Below, piece by piece: positions 30,431 to 41,563 of a DNA stretch of 64,000 bases. Source of the stretch: an uncultured Pelagibacteraceae bacterium (GTDB lineage: Bacteria > Pseudomonadota > Alphaproteobacteria > Pelagibacterales > Pelagibacteraceae); assembly GCA_902629285.1 (NCBI GenBank), contig CACOQN010000007.1, positions 8,180-72,179 on the forward strand, given 5' to 3'. Position numbers and translations under genes: made by a program. The notes beneath the pieces were generated by a model, which was not told the DNA's origin, made no database searches, and worked only from the letters and a program-made list of their open reading frames with translations. How positions within the stretch are numbered: the first letter of the stretch is position 1; every line of letters starts with the position of its first letter.

Positions 30431-33280
30431 ATGAAAAAGATAGTTATTAAGGGTGCCAAAGAACATAATTTGAAGAATGTTACTGTAGAGATTCCAAAAG
30501 ACAAATTTGTGGTCATAACGGGTCTGTCTGGGTCTGGAAAATCATCTTTAGCTTTCGATACTATCTATGCAGAAGGTCAAAGAAGGTATGTAGAGAGTTT
30601 ATCTGCATATGCGCGTCAATTTTTAGACAAAATGAAAAAACCAAATGTTGATTTAATTGAAGGATTAAGTCCAGCTATTGCTATAGAACAAAAAAACACT
30701 TCAAAAAACCCAAGATCTACTGTTGCAACTGTAACTGAAATTTATGACTACATGAGGGTTTTATATGCTAGAGCGGGAATTCCATATTCACCATTTACAG
30801 GTAAACCAATAACCTCTCAAACAATTACACAAATAGTAGATTTAGTTAAAAAATTACCAAAAAAATCAACAATATATATTTATGCTCCAGTAGTAAGAGG
30901 TCGTAAGGGTGAATATAAAAAAGATATTTTAAGTTACAAGAGAAGAGGATTTAGAAAAATTAAAATTGATAATGTTTTATACGATATTGAAACATCACCC
31001 AATCTAGATAAAAAACTTAAACATGATATTTCAATCTTAGTTGATAGAATAGTTTTAAATTCAAAACTTGGAAACAGATTAGCCGAAAGTATCGAAACAG
31101 CTGTAAATTTAGCTAACGGTTTAGTTTTTGTTGAATATGAAGATGAAACACTTCCACAGAAATATAGAAAAATTGAAAAATTAATTTATTCAACAAAATT
31201 TGCTTGTCCTGAGAGTGGTTTTACAATTGAAGAAATTGAGCCAAGACTATTTTCATTCAATAGTCCATATGGAGCCTGTGAAGAATGTGAGGGAATAGGA
31301 ATGAAATTAAATGTTGATCCAAATCTAGTGGTTCCCGATGAAAGAAAAAGTTTAGCCGATGGAGCAATAGAACCTTGGTCAAAATCAACCACATTATATT
31401 ATGCTCAAACTTTAGCATCTTTAGCAAAACATTACGATTTTTCTTTAGATGAAAAATGGAAAAAATTACCCAAAAAAATTAAAGATATTATACTTTACGG
31501 CTCAGATGAAGATGAGATTAAATTTAATTATGATGATGGATACGAGAAATATTCTTATAAAAAAACCTTTGAAGGTGTAATTAATAATCTCGAAAGAAGA
31601 TTTTTAGAGTCAGATAGTGAGTGGAAAAGAGAAGCAATAGCTGAATACCAATCAGACACTGCTTGTGAAGCCTGCAATGGTGATAGATTAAAAGAAGAAG
31701 CATTATGTGTAAAAATAAATGATCTTAATATAAGTCAGGTAGCAAAAAAATCTATTTTAGATGCAGCAGAATGGTTTAAAAACCTAGAAAATAATCTAGA
31801 TAAAAGACAATTCAAAATTGCCGAACATGTTTTAAAAGAGATAAATGAAAGACTAAACTTTCTCTTAAATGTCGGTTTGGATTATTTAACACTTTCAAGG
31901 GAGTCAGGAACTCTGTCAGGTGGTGAGGCTCAAAGAATAAGATTAGCATCACAGATTGGTTCTGGACTAACTGGTGTATTATATGTATTGGACGAACCTT
32001 CAATAGGTTTGCATCAAAAAGATAACGTAAAACTTATAAACGCTCTTAAAAGATTAAGAGACCTTGGAAATACTGTAATAGTAGTTGAACATGATACCGA
32101 GACTATGGAAAATGCTGATCATATTATTGATCTTGGTCCTGAAGCTGGAAGTAATGGAGGTCAAATAACATCTCAAGGGACATATGAAGAAATTAAAAAA
32201 GATAAAAATAGTATTACAGGGCAATATCTTGCAAACAAAAAATCAATTGAAATTCCAAAAATAAGACGACTTGCTAAAAATGGACGATTTGTTGAAATTA
32301 ATGGCGCTTGTGGGAATAATTTAAACAACGTAAATCTAAAGATACCAACTGGAACATTTACATGTGTAACTGGTGTTTCTGGAAGTGGAAAATCTACATT
32401 AATACTACAAACGTTGTTTCATGCATTAAATTTAACTTTAAATAATAAAGCCAGAAAAACACCTAAGTCTTTTAAAGGATATAAAGGTGTGGAGCTGATT
32501 GATAAAATTATTGACATTGATCAATCCCCGATTGGTAGAACTCCCAGATCAAATCCAGCAACATACACTGGTGCTTTTGGTCCTATCAGAGATTGGTTTA
32601 CAAGTTTACCCGAGTCAAAAACAAGAGGATATAAGCCTGGGCGATTTTCGTTTAATGTTAAAGGGGGAAGGTGTGAAGCTTGTGAGGGTGACGGCGTAAT
32701 TACTTATGAAATGCACTTCCTTCCAGACGTATATATTCAATGTGATGAATGTAAAGGTACAAGATATAATAGAGAAACCTTAGAAATAAAATTTAAAGGC
32801 AAAAGTATTGCAGATGTTTTGAATATGTCAGTTGACGAGGGATGTGAATATTTTGAAAATATTTCTAGTATAAAAACAAAACTATTAACCTTAAAAAAGG
32901 TAGGCTTGGGTTATATTAAAATTGGCCAACAAGCAACAACACTATCAGGGGGCGAAGCTCAGAGGATTAAACTTGCTAAAGAACTTTCAAAAAGATCCAC
33001 GGGAAGAACAATGTATATTTTAGATGAACCAACAACGGGATTACATCAACATGATATTAAAAAACTTTTAGAAATACTTCATACATTTGTGAAACTAGGA
33101 AATACAGTTGTTGTAATTGAACATAATCTAGACGTAATTAAAACAGCAGATCATATAGTAGATATGGGACCTGAAGGTGGTGTAAAGGGGGGAAATATTG
33201 TCGCCGAAGGAAAACCTGAGGAAGTATGTAAGGTTAAAGAGAGTTATACAGGCCAATTTTTGAGACCATTGCTCAATTAA
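30431..33280 (+). CDS. uvrA: Excinuclease ABC subunit A
   Basis: Two Walker A motifs, two LSGGEAQRI signatures, zinc fingers. Confidence 0.98.
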   Translation: MKKIVIKGAKEHNLKNVTVEIPKDKFVVITGLSGSGKSSLAFDTIYAEGQRRYVESLSAYARQFLDKMKKPNVDLIEGLSPAIAIEQKNTSKNPRSTVATVTEIYDYMRVLYARAGIPYSPFTGKPITSQTITQIVDLVKKLPKKSTIYIYAPVVRGRKGEYKKDILSYKRRGFRKIKIDNVLYDIETSPNLDKKLKHDISILVDRIVLNSKLGNRLAESIETAVNLANGLVFVEYEDETLPQKYRKIEKLIYSTKFACPESGFTIEEIEPRLFSFNSPYGACEECEGIGMKLNVDPNLVVPDERKSLADGAIEPWSKSTTLYYAQTLASLAKHYDFSLDEKWKKLPKKIKDIILYGSDEDEIKFNYDDGYEKYSYKKTFEGVINNLERRFLESDSEWKREAIAEYQSDTACEACNGDRLKEEALCVKINDLNISQVAKKSILDAAEWFKNLENNLDKRQFKIAEHVLKEINERLNFLLNVGLDYLTLSRESGTLSGGEAQRIRLASQIGSGLTGVLYVLDEPSIGLHQKDNVKLINALKRLRDLGNTVIVVEHDTETMENADHIIDLGPEAGSNGGQITSQGTYEEIKKDKNSITGQYLANKKSIEIPKIRRLAKNGRFVEINGACGNNLNNVNLKIPTGTFTCVTGVSGSGKSTLILQTLFHALNLTLNNKARKTPKSFKGYKGVELIDKIIDIDQSPIGRTPRSNPATYTGAFGPIRDWFTSLPESKTRGYKPGRFSFNVKGGRCEACEGDGVITYEMHFLPDVYIQCDECKGTRYNRETLEIKFKGKSIADVLNMSVDEGCEYFENISSIKTKLLTLKKVGLGYIKIGQQATTLSGGEAQRIKLAKELSKRSTGRTMYILDEPTTGLHQHDIKKLLEILHTFVKLGNTVVVIEHNLDVIKTADHIVDMGPEGGVKGGNIVAEGKPEEVCKVKESYTGQFLRPLLN

Positions 33281-33351
33281 CCTTAAATATTATCTATTTT
33301 TACAAATTTATATGTTGATAATTTTAAACATTTAATTAAATAAAATTTATT

Positions 33352-33597
33352 ATGAAAAAAATTCTTTTAATCTTTACTTTTATAGTTATTACAACTAAAG
33401 CCTTTTCATATTCATGCCCAATGTTATGGGAAGAGTTAGATTTTGAAATTAATTTAGCGAAAAATTCAGGAATGTCGTTAGAAAAAATTGAAAAAATTAA
33501 AAAACTAAGAGATGATGGAGTAAAAGCGCATGACGAAGGTAATCATGAAAAATCTGAGGAAATACTTAATAAAGCTCTAAAAATGATTAAAAGTTAG
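33352..33597 (+). CDS. Small secreted helical protein
   Basis: Signal peptide; mature part starts near CP; LR..G..AH..G.H. Confidence 0.7.
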   Translation: MKKILLIFTFIVITTKAFSYSCPMLWEELDFEINLAKNSGMSLEKIEKIKKLRDDGVKAHDEGNHEKSEEILNKALKMIKS

Positions 33598-33598
33598 T

Positions 33599-33739
33599 AT
33601 GATTAATAAATTTCAAAAATTTATATTCAAAAATAAAACAAATAAATATCTTATAATGGGTAGCTTCTCATTTTTTTTTGTTAAGGGTTTAATTTGGCTT
33701 GGTATATTTATTTTAGCTGGATTTAATTTGATAAACTAA
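33599..33739 (+). CDS. 46-aa membrane protein (absent from ORF track)
   Basis: Manual translation MINKFQKFIFKNKTNKYLIMGSFSFFFVKGLIWLGIFILAGFNLIN*; ATG 1 nt after upstream stop. Confidence 0.7.
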   Translation: MINKFQKFIFKNKTNKYLIMGSFSFFFVKGLIWLGIFILAGFNLIN

Positions 33740-33748
33740 ATTTTTAAA

Positions 33749-34162
33749 ATGAATGATCAGTTTAATAATAATTCTGAATTTAAAATCTTTGGTCTTACAA
33801 TAGAAACATTTTCTGTTTTTTATGGATCTTTTTTAGTTTTTTGGGGAGTAATTGTAAGTTTTATAAGCGGAAGTAATTCTTTAACCTCGTTTATTCCATC
33901 TTTGATTGGTTTACCAATTTTAGTATTTTCAAATTTATCAATTAAATTTTCAAGTAAAAAAAAAATCTTTATGCATATTGTTGTTTTTTTTGGTTTAATG
34001 GCATTTCTAGCTGGTTTAGATTTTTTAAGATCCATTTTAGGTGGATCACTTTTTCAAAATTTTTGGGCTGATATTTCAAAGTTAATATTATTAATTACAG
34101 GTGGATACTTCATATATCAATGCATAAAGTCTTTTGTATTTGCTAGGAAAATTAATAAATAG
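33749..34162 (+). CDS. Four-TM membrane protein (TMEM14-like)
   Basis: SLTSFIPSLIG, KKIFMHIVV. Confidence 0.7.
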   Translation: MNDQFNNNSEFKIFGLTIETFSVFYGSFLVFWGVIVSFISGSNSLTSFIPSLIGLPILVFSNLSIKFSSKKKIFMHIVVFFGLMAFLAGLDFLRSILGGSLFQNFWADISKLILLITGGYFIYQCIKSFVFARKINK

Positions 34163-34167
34163 TTTTA

Positions 34168-34761
34168 TTAATCTAAAAGTGATTCAACATATTCCCAGTT
34201 AATTAGATTATTTACAAATTTATCTAAATACTCTGGTCTTCTATTTTTATAATCGATGTAATAAGAGTGTTCCCAAACATCGCAACCAAGAATTGGTTTC
34301 ATATTATTAATTAGTGGATTAGCAGCATTTGCTGTTTTTGTTACAACCAATTTTCCTTCGCTGATTGATAGCCAGCACCATCCAGATCCAAATTGAGTGA
34401 TACCAGCCTGTTTAAAATCTGTTTTAAATTTTTCTACACTTCCAAAATCTGATATAATTCTTTTTTCTAATTTTGAAGGCATATTACCTCCTCCATTTGG
34501 CTTCATACATTTCCAAAAAAGATTATGATTCCAATGTTGACTAGCATTATTGAAAATTCCTACTTTTGAACTATCATTTGAGCTACTCATTATTATCTCT
34601 TCTAAAGACATTTTTTCCATATCCGTATCTTTTATAAAATTATTTAAATTCGTAATATATGTTTGATGATGTTTCCCATGGTGTAAGTCTAAGGTTTCAT
34701 CAGACATAATTGGTGCTAAAGCATTTTTTGGATAATCGAGTTTAGGTAATACGTGTGACAT
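34168..34761 (-). CDS. sodB: Superoxide dismutase, Fe/Mn family, Fe-type signature
   Basis: HHGKHH, FNNASQHWNH, DVWEHSYY. Confidence 0.93.
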   Translation of the reverse strand: MSHVLPKLDYPKNALAPIMSDETLDLHHGKHHQTYITNLNNFIKDTDMEKMSLEEIIMSSSNDSSKVGIFNNASQHWNHNLFWKCMKPNGGGNMPSKLEKRIISDFGSVEKFKTDFKQAGITQFGSGWCWLSISEGKLVVTKTANAANPLINNMKPILGCDVWEHSYYIDYKNRRPEYLDKFVNNLINWEYVESLLD

Positions 34762-34823
34762 AAAAAATTTTATTTTATATAAATCTTTATATAGACTTTA
34801 ATTATTAATTCAAAGAATTAAAT

Positions 34824-35714
34824 TTATTTTTGATCATCATCCTTTAATATAGTTTTTTGAGAAACTTTCAGTCTAACTAAAATAGTATTAGCTATATAAA
34901 TTGAGGAATATGTTCCAAAAATAACACCAAGTATCATTGCTAGAGAAAAACCTTTTAAGATCTCGCCCCCAAAGAAATAAATTGCTAATAATGCTAATAA
35001 AGTTGTTGCAGAAGTAATTATGGTTCTAGACAATGTTTCGTTTATTGAAATATTTGTTAATTCAAAAATTTTTATATCAGAATACTTTCTTAAGTTTTCT
35101 CGTACGCGATCAAAAATTACTACTGTATCATTCATAGAATATCCAACAATTGTTAATACTGCTGCAATGATAGATAAATTTATCTCCAAACTAAATAAGG
35201 AAAAAACTCCAAGAGTTACGATTACATCGTGAAATAAGGCTAATATTGCCCCTAAACTAAATTGCCACTCAAATCTTATCCAAATATAAATAAGCATTAA
35301 TGCCAAAGACAAAGTTATTGCAATAACACCTGATTTCAATAATTCAGCACTTACTTTTGGGCCGACATTCTCTACTCTTCTAAAATCATATGTATTACCA
35401 AAAGAATTATCTAGATTTGATTTAATTTCCTCAATTATGTTATTTTTATTATCTTTATTTTCAAATTTTACCAAAAAATCTTTATCATTTCCAAATTTCT
35501 TAACAGAAACATCTCCTAAATCCATTTGTTTAAATCTATCTCTTAGTGAGCTTACATTAATTTTGGAGTCAGTAGCTCTCAATTCAATTAAAGTTCCACC
35601 CTTAAAATCAATTCCAAAATTTAATCCTTTAAGAATAAGTAATAATAATGAACTAATTATTAAAATTGTAGATAGTAAATTAAAGTGATTGTAATATTTG
35701 TTAAAAGAAATCAT
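34824..35714 (-). CDS. secF: Protein translocase subunit SecF
   Basis: GIDFKGG, VGPKVS, GYSMNDTVVIFDRVRE. Confidence 0.97.
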   Translation of the reverse strand: MISFNKYYNHFNLLSTILIISSLLLLILKGLNFGIDFKGGTLIELRATDSKINVSSLRDRFKQMDLGDVSVKKFGNDKDFLVKFENKDNKNNIIEEIKSNLDNSFGNTYDFRRVENVGPKVSAELLKSGVIAITLSLALMLIYIWIRFEWQFSLGAILALFHDVIVTLGVFSLFSLEINLSIIAAVLTIVGYSMNDTVVIFDRVRENLRKYSDIKIFELTNISINETLSRTIITSATTLLALLAIYFFGGEILKGFSLAMILGVIFGTYSSIYIANTILVRLKVSQKTILKDDDQK

Positions 35715-37267
35715 TAAATTAATTTTTCCTTATCTTTATTTCTAGCTACATAGACACTAGTGAATAATCTTGCTATGAAGTAAACAGAAAATAGTGTTGT
35801 AAATATTCCAACACCCAAAGTTACTGCAAATCCTTTTACAGGACCAGAGCCCATGAAAAATAAAATAATTGCAGCTAATAAAGTAGTAATATTTGCATCT
35901 AAAATAGCTGTTCTAGATTTCGTATAGCCACCATCAAAAGCTAAAATATTATTAGTCTCGTCTTTCAATTCCTCTTTGATTCTCTCAAAAATTAAAACAT
36001 TTGCGTCAACTGCCATACCAACAGTTAAAATAATTCCTGCTATACCAGGTAGTGTTAATGTTGCTTCAAATAATGTTAAAACACCTAAGAGTATAAATAA
36101 ATTTACTATAAGAGTTATATTTGTAATTAATCCAAATATTTTATATTTAACTAACATAAAAATTATCACCAATACAAAACCTATTGCTAGAGCTATCATT
36201 CCTGCATTAATAGAGTCTTGTCCAAGATCTGGTCCTACAGTTCTTTCCTCAATAATTTCTAACGGTGCGGGCAGTGCTCCTGATCTTAATAACAAAGCAA
36301 GATCAGTTGCAGATTGAAAGGTAAAACCACCACTAATCTGTCCTGATCCACTTGCTATAGTATCTCTTACTACTGGAGCGCTAATAATTTTACCATCTAA
36401 TACAATGGCCAGTTGTTTTCCTATACCAGTAGATGTAGCTTTACCAAACCTTTTTGCTCCTACTCTATCTAGAGTAAATGTTACAACAGTTTGATTTACC
36501 TGTGTATCCATTTTAGGCTGAGCATCTAATAAATTTTCACCGCTTATTATAATTCGTTTACTAACAGTGGCTTCATCAAGATCATTTTCAAATTTTAACT
36601 TTTCAATACCAAAACGATCGTTTTCATCATTAGTTACAAATCTAAAAGTAAGATTTGCAGTTTTACCAAGTAATGACTTTATTCTCATCGGATCATCTAA
36701 GCCAGGAAGCTCTACTAAAATACGATTATTTCCTCTTTTAAGAATATTAGGTTCATTTGTACCTACCTCATCAACTCTTCTTCTAACAATTTCTATAGCT
36801 TGATCTTGTGATGAAGTCTTCAGTTTGATTAAACCTTGTTTCGAAAAATTGACTTTTAAATTTAATCCTGTGTCTTCAATTTCTAATTGGTGTGATTTAA
36901 ATCTTGGATAATAAGGGTTAAGATCACTATTTTCATCCCTGAAAACATCTAAAATAGATTGTTTATCTTTTTCTGTTACGTTAAAAAAAATATTTTGTTT
37001 CTCTATTTTTATATTATTGATTTTAATGTTTTTCTCTTTGAAGTAATTTCTGATAATAGTAGTAAGATTTTGTAATTTTTTTTCGATTACTGGCTTATTA
37101 TCTATTTCAAGTAATAAATAAGAACCTCCCTGAAGATCTAATCCAAGATTAATTTTTTTATTGAAAAAACTATCATCAAATTTAAAAAGGTTTGATGAAG
37201 CGATTAAAATAAATAAAACAGAAAAAAGAGTTATAAATATAATTCTTAACTTAGAGAAATAAAGCAC
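35714..37267 (-). CDS. secD: Protein translocase subunit SecD
   Basis: LGLDLQGG, GMAVDANVLIFERIKEE. Confidence 0.97.
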   Translation of the reverse strand: MLYFSKLRIIFITLFSVLFILIASSNLFKFDDSFFNKKINLGLDLQGGSYLLLEIDNKPVIEKKLQNLTTIIRNYFKEKNIKINNIKIEKQNIFFNVTEKDKQSILDVFRDENSDLNPYYPRFKSHQLEIEDTGLNLKVNFSKQGLIKLKTSSQDQAIEIVRRRVDEVGTNEPNILKRGNNRILVELPGLDDPMRIKSLLGKTANLTFRFVTNDENDRFGIEKLKFENDLDEATVSKRIIISGENLLDAQPKMDTQVNQTVVTFTLDRVGAKRFGKATSTGIGKQLAIVLDGKIISAPVVRDTIASGSGQISGGFTFQSATDLALLLRSGALPAPLEIIEERTVGPDLGQDSINAGMIALAIGFVLVIIFMLVKYKIFGLITNITLIVNLFILLGVLTLFEATLTLPGIAGIILTVGMAVDANVLIFERIKEELKDETNNILAFDGGYTKSRTAILDANITTLLAAIILFFMGSGPVKGFAVTLGVGIFTTLFSVYFIARLFTSVYVARNKDKEKLI

Positions 37268-37281
37268 TTAATTAAAATTAA

Positions 37282-37575
37282 TTATTTTTTAACTTCTTGA
37301 GTATTTGTATTTATGAGACTTTGAATGCCAGTTGATTTAACTATTTCAACTTTAACATTTTCAGCAATTTCTACTTCAACTTTATCATTGTCTATTAGTC
37401 TTTCGACTGTACCTGTAATACCACCAGAAGTAACTACCTTGTCACCTCTTTTAAGACTTTCCACCATAGCTTTATGCTCTTTAACCTTTTTTTGCTGTGG
37501 CCTAATTAAGAAAAAATAAAAAATAACAAAAATTAAAATTAGCGGTATAAACTGACCTATTCCTGAACCTTCCAT
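37282..37575 (-). CDS. yajC: Preprotein translocase subunit YajC
   Basis: FLIRPQQK, GDKVVTSGGI. Confidence 0.96.
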   Translation of the reverse strand: MEGSGIGQFIPLILIFVIFYFFLIRPQQKKVKEHKAMVESLKRGDKVVTSGGITGTVERLIDNDKVEVEIAENVKVEIVKSTGIQSLINTNTQEVKK

Positions 37576-37629
37576 AAATCTCCTTATAAATTATGTGAAT
37601 ATTTATACTATCTAATTAATTAAAACAAC

Positions 37630-38889
37630 TTATTTAGCTGAAATCAAATCTAAATTATTCATATACGGTCGCAATACTTTAGGGATAATAATTGTACCAT
37701 CTTTTTTTTGGTAGTTTTCCAATACAGCGATTAAAGTTCTTCCTATGGCTAAACCACTTCCATTTAATGTTCCAACGAAAACTGTTTCTTTATTTTTATT
37801 CTTATATCTTGCTTTCATTCTTTGTGCCTGAAAAGTTGAACAAGATGAACAAGATGATATTTCACGATATTTATTTTCTGAAGGTAGCCATACTTCGATA
37901 TCGTATGTTTTTTCAGCACTAAAACCCATATCGCCTGAACATAGAATGACCTTTCTGTATGGTAATTCTAATTTATCTAATATATCAGTCGCACAATTTG
38001 TCATTCGCTCTAGTTCTTCTAAGCAATTTTCTTTTTCTACAATACTAACTAATTCAACTTTATAAAATTGATGTTGTCTAATCATTCCTTTAGTATCTTT
38101 TCCATAGCTACCAGCCTCTTTTCTGAAACATGGAGTTGAGGCAACAAATCTCATTGGTAAATCTTTTTGATCAACAATTTTATCTTTTACAATGTTAGTA
38201 AGTATGACTTCGGCGGTTGGTATTAAAAATTTTCTATCAGATCCTTCATCAAATTTAATCTCAAACTGATCGTTCTCAAATTTAGGTAATTGACCGGTTC
38301 CATACATTGTATTGTCTGAAGCTATCAGGGGTGGTGAGATTTCTTGATAGCCGTTTTTAAGAATATGAGTATCTAGCATAAAATTAGATAGAGCTCGTTC
38401 TAATAACGCTAGCTCTTTTTTAACAAATACAAACCTAGATCCAGTCGTTTTTGTTGCAAGATCAAAATCAAGCATGCCTAAATTTTCACCAAGTTCGTAA
38501 TGAGATTTGGGTTTAAAATCAAACTCAGGAATTTTTCCAGCTTTTAAAACCTCTTCATTATCATTTTCATCTTTCCCATTTGGAACATCTTGATGAGGTA
38601 TATTTGGTATACTTGATAGAATATTATCTAATTCAGATTTAGTATTTTTTTGCTTCTCAGTAATCTTTTCTAATTCTGTAGATATTTCTTTAGATTTTTT
38701 GAATAAACTTTCATCTTTAGATTTTGAAATATCTTTTTTTTCTTTTTCTAAGTTTTCTTTCTTTTGAATTAAATCTCTATTCAACTCATCAAGTTTTTTT
38801 AAATTATTAAAATCAATTTTAACTGAACGATTTTCAAGATCTTTTTCAAATTTTGAAAAATCTTTTCTAATTTCTTTTAAATTATGCAT
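37630..38889 (-). CDS. serS: Serine--tRNA ligase
   Basis: LIPTAE, FRKEAG, TLNGSGLAIGR. Confidence 0.97.
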   Translation of the reverse strand: MHNLKEIRKDFSKFEKDLENRSVKIDFNNLKKLDELNRDLIQKKENLEKEKKDISKSKDESLFKKSKEISTELEKITEKQKNTKSELDNILSSIPNIPHQDVPNGKDENDNEEVLKAGKIPEFDFKPKSHYELGENLGMLDFDLATKTTGSRFVFVKKELALLERALSNFMLDTHILKNGYQEISPPLIASDNTMYGTGQLPKFENDQFEIKFDEGSDRKFLIPTAEVILTNIVKDKIVDQKDLPMRFVASTPCFRKEAGSYGKDTKGMIRQHQFYKVELVSIVEKENCLEELERMTNCATDILDKLELPYRKVILCSGDMGFSAEKTYDIEVWLPSENKYREISSCSSCSTFQAQRMKARYKNKNKETVFVGTLNGSGLAIGRTLIAVLENYQKKDGTIIIPKVLRPYMNNLDLISAK

Positions 38890-39652
38890 CAGTCTTTTCT
38901 AAATTTTTGTTTTCTATAAATTTTACTGAAAATATTGATAATTCATATAAAATTAATAATGGAATTGCTAAACCTATTTGAGTAATTGGATCTGGTGGTG
39001 TAAGTAATGCAGCAGCAGCAAATATAATTACTACTACATACTTTCTTCTTTCTTTTAAAAATTGACTATCAACAACACCTATTCTTGCTAATAAACTTAA
39101 GACTATCGGAAGTTGGAAACTTATTCCAAATGCAAAAATTAATTTCATAACAAGTGATAAGTATTCATTTACTTTGGCTTCTAATTGAATTGGTAAACTT
39201 GTAGACATCCCCGTGCTTTCAAATGATAAAAAAAATTTAATAGCTAGAGGCATTATCAAATAGTAAACAAGCATACCTCCCAAAAAGAAAAGGATAGGTG
39301 TTAATATAAGGTACGGAAGTATGGCAACTTTTTCATGTTTATATAATCCCGGTGCAATAAATTTCCATATTTGCATTAGAATAAAAGGACAGGTCACAAA
39401 AAAAGCAGTGAAAAAAGACACTTTAATATAAGTTAAAAAAGTTTCTTGTAAGGCTGTAAAAATAAGTCTTCTATCAGATCCATCATCTTTTACAGCTTGA
39501 GCAAATGGGTCAACTAAAAAACCGTAAATATGTTCTGCAAATATATAACATATAACAAAAAAGATTATTAGAAATATAAAACTATGTATTAATCTTTTTC
39601 TTAGTTCTGTTAGATGGCTTACAAATCCACCTTCATTTTCCTCATTGCTCAT
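38882..39652 (-). CDS. tatC: Twin-arginine translocase TatC
   Basis: HLTELRKR, FQLP, TPPD. Confidence 0.97.
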   Translation of the reverse strand: MSNEENEGGFVSHLTELRKRLIHSFIFLIIFFVICYIFAEHIYGFLVDPFAQAVKDDGSDRRLIFTALQETFLTYIKVSFFTAFFVTCPFILMQIWKFIAPGLYKHEKVAILPYLILTPILFFLGGMLVYYLIMPLAIKFFLSFESTGMSTSLPIQLEAKVNEYLSLVMKLIFAFGISFQLPIVLSLLARIGVVDSQFLKERRKYVVVIIFAAAALLTPPDPITQIGLAIPLLILYELSIFSVKFIENKNLEKTDA

Positions 39653-39863
39653 TTTTTTTAGTTTCTTTTTTTATTTCTTTATCAATTTTTTCTTCGTCAA
39701 TTTCTAAATTAGAAACTTCATTTTGAATGTTACTTACATATCTTTTTGCAGTACCTATCCATGACCCTGCTTTCTTTAACATGATTGGAAAATCTTTTGG
39801 ACCAAGAACAACAATTGCAATACCAACAACTATTAATATCTCAAACCAACCAATAGTAGGCAT
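39642..39863 (-). CDS. tatB: Twin-arginine translocase TatB (short)
   Basis: IGWFEIL, LGPKDFP. Confidence 0.92.
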   Translation of the reverse strand: MPTIGWFEILIVVGIAIVVLGPKDFPIMLKKAGSWIGTAKRYVSNIQNEVSNLEIDEEKIDKEIKKETKKNEQ

Positions 39864-39868
39864 GTGAT

Positions 39869-40069
39869 TTAATCTTTTTTTTCTGAGTCTTTATTTTCGT
39901 CGGATATATTTTTTGGCTCTGTATCGTCAGTTACATCTGACGCCATCCCTTTTTTGAAACTTTTAATTCCCTTAGCTACATCACCCATCAGACCAGAGAT
40001 TTTACCCCGTCCAAATAATAAGACTACTAATATAACTACGATTGCTATTTGCCAAATTCCTATGCTCAT
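39869..40069 (-). CDS. tatA: Twin-arginine translocase TatA
   Basis: [16 protein letters not shown]. Confidence 0.95.
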   Translation of the reverse strand: MSIGIWQIAIVVILVVLLFGRGKISGLMGDVAKGIKSFKKGMASDVTDDTEPKNISDENKDSEKKD

Positions 40070-40116
40070 GAAAAACTTATAACCTTTTTATGATTAATTT
40101 AAAAGTTACTTTTTTG

Positions 40117-40818
40117 TTATTCTTTCTCTTCTGTTTCAAGAGTGCTATTTAACATCTCATCAATATTAGAATAAATGTCCTCTTTTTTTTCTTCCTGTTT
40201 TTCTTTGTAGAATTTACCAGTTCCAAAAATCGCATTATCAATACTGGAACTATCTATAAGACCAGCCGCACCTAGTTCATCAATTGTTGGTAAATCAGAT
40301 AGTTTTTGTAGATTAAAATGACTTAAAAATTCGTCTGTTGTAACATACTGAATTGGTCTGCCTGGCACATCTTTACGACCGCCTGGTTTGACCCAGTTAA
40401 GTTCCATCAATATTTCTAGAGTATTTGTTCCAAAAGCAACACCTCTTATTTCTTCTATCTCAGCTCTAGTAACGGGTTGGTGATAAACAATTATAGCCAA
40501 AGTCTCTACAGCAGCTCTAGAAAGTTTTTTTTCAACTGTCCTTTCTTGTGACATGATGTTTGACAAGTTAGGAGAAGTTCTGAAGGACCACTTTTCTTTA
40601 ATACAAACTAGATTTATTCCTCTTTTAGAATATTCTTGCTGCAACTTCTCTAAAGCTTTTGTTACACTACCTTTTTTTGTAATTTTACTTTCAATTGTAT
40701 CCACATCTAATGGCTCAGCAGCAGCAAATATGACTGCTTCAATCTCTTTTTCTAAATCAGTTAGCTTAGAAGGAAATTTAACAATATTATCTTTTGCGAT
40801 TTTTTCTTTTTTAATCAT
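40117..40818 (-). CDS. scpB: SMC-Scp complex subunit ScpB
   Basis: ETLAIIVYHQPVTRAEIEEIRG. Confidence 0.96.
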   Translation of the reverse strand: MIKKEKIAKDNIVKFPSKLTDLEKEIEAVIFAAAEPLDVDTIESKITKKGSVTKALEKLQQEYSKRGINLVCIKEKWSFRTSPNLSNIMSQERTVEKKLSRAAVETLAIIVYHQPVTRAEIEEIRGVAFGTNTLEILMELNWVKPGGRKDVPGRPIQYVTTDEFLSHFNLQKLSDLPTIDELGAAGLIDSSSIDNAIFGTGKFYKEKQEEKKEDIYSNIDEMLNSTLETEEKE

Positions 40819-41554
40819 TATTTTCCTTCACATAAATATCATCAAATAATTTATCTTGTTTCATAGTCAGGTTTCCTTCTTTAACTAGTTCTAATGAACC
40901 AGCAAATATTCCTGCTTTCCCAGTACGTTTATATTTTGAACCATTTTTAAAATTTTTAGGAATTAAATCATCTAATTTTTTCCAATCAACTAATTTTCCA
41001 AAAAATTCTCTTATCGTTTTAATTCCATCCTCTGCAGTAAACACAGGTAATTTTGGGATATTCATTTTTTGAAAGTCTTTGGTCATAATAATTGTTGAAT
41101 ATGACTTAAGTAGTTCAAATAAACTTAAATTATATTCTGTGCTATAAATAGATCTTATATTTCCCTTCATTCCTCTTGATCGAATTTCTCTTCCTAATCT
41201 TTTTCTTTTAAGCATTTGTTCAGAAAGCAATCTTATCAACTCTAATTTTTTAAGCTGTAATTTTAATTTTTCAGCAACTTCTTGAACTTTAAATTCTTCT
41301 TCTGGAGTTCCCGGAAGTAATAATTTAGATTTCAAATATGCTAACCAAGTTGCCATCAATAAATATTCTGAGGCAATTTCTAAATTTAAATCTTTTTCTT
41401 TTGTAATATATTCATGAAACTGATCTGCTAATTTTGTAATTGATATTTCTTCAAGATCTACTTTTTGAGCTTTTGCTAAATCTAAAAGTACATCTAAAGG
41501 GCCATTATAGTTATTTATATTGACGTTAAATAGTGCAGAATCAGAAATACTCAT
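40811..41554 (-). CDS. scpA: SMC-Scp complex subunit ScpA
   Basis: GPLDVLLDL, YLLMATWLAYLKSKLLLP. Confidence 0.95.
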   Translation of the reverse strand: MSISDSALFNVNINNYNGPLDVLLDLAKAQKVDLEEISITKLADQFHEYITKEKDLNLEIASEYLLMATWLAYLKSKLLLPGTPEEEFKVQEVAEKLKLQLKKLELIRLLSEQMLKRKRLGREIRSRGMKGNIRSIYSTEYNLSLFELLKSYSTIIMTKDFQKMNIPKLPVFTAEDGIKTIREFFGKLVDWKKLDDLIPKNFKNGSKYKRTGKAGIFAGSLELVKEGNLTMKQDKLFDDIYVKENND

Positions 41555-41563
41555 GCTCCAATA

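Noticed and set aside
34776-34793. AT-only palindromes near sodB (34776-34793), sdhE/recG (21336-21356) and tRNA-Lys (25056-25076)
   Set aside because: Expected by chance at this AT content; no match to a motif I can name
37576-37629. surE-pcm-nlpD missing between serS and yajC
   Set aside because: Ordinary gene loss in a streamlined genome
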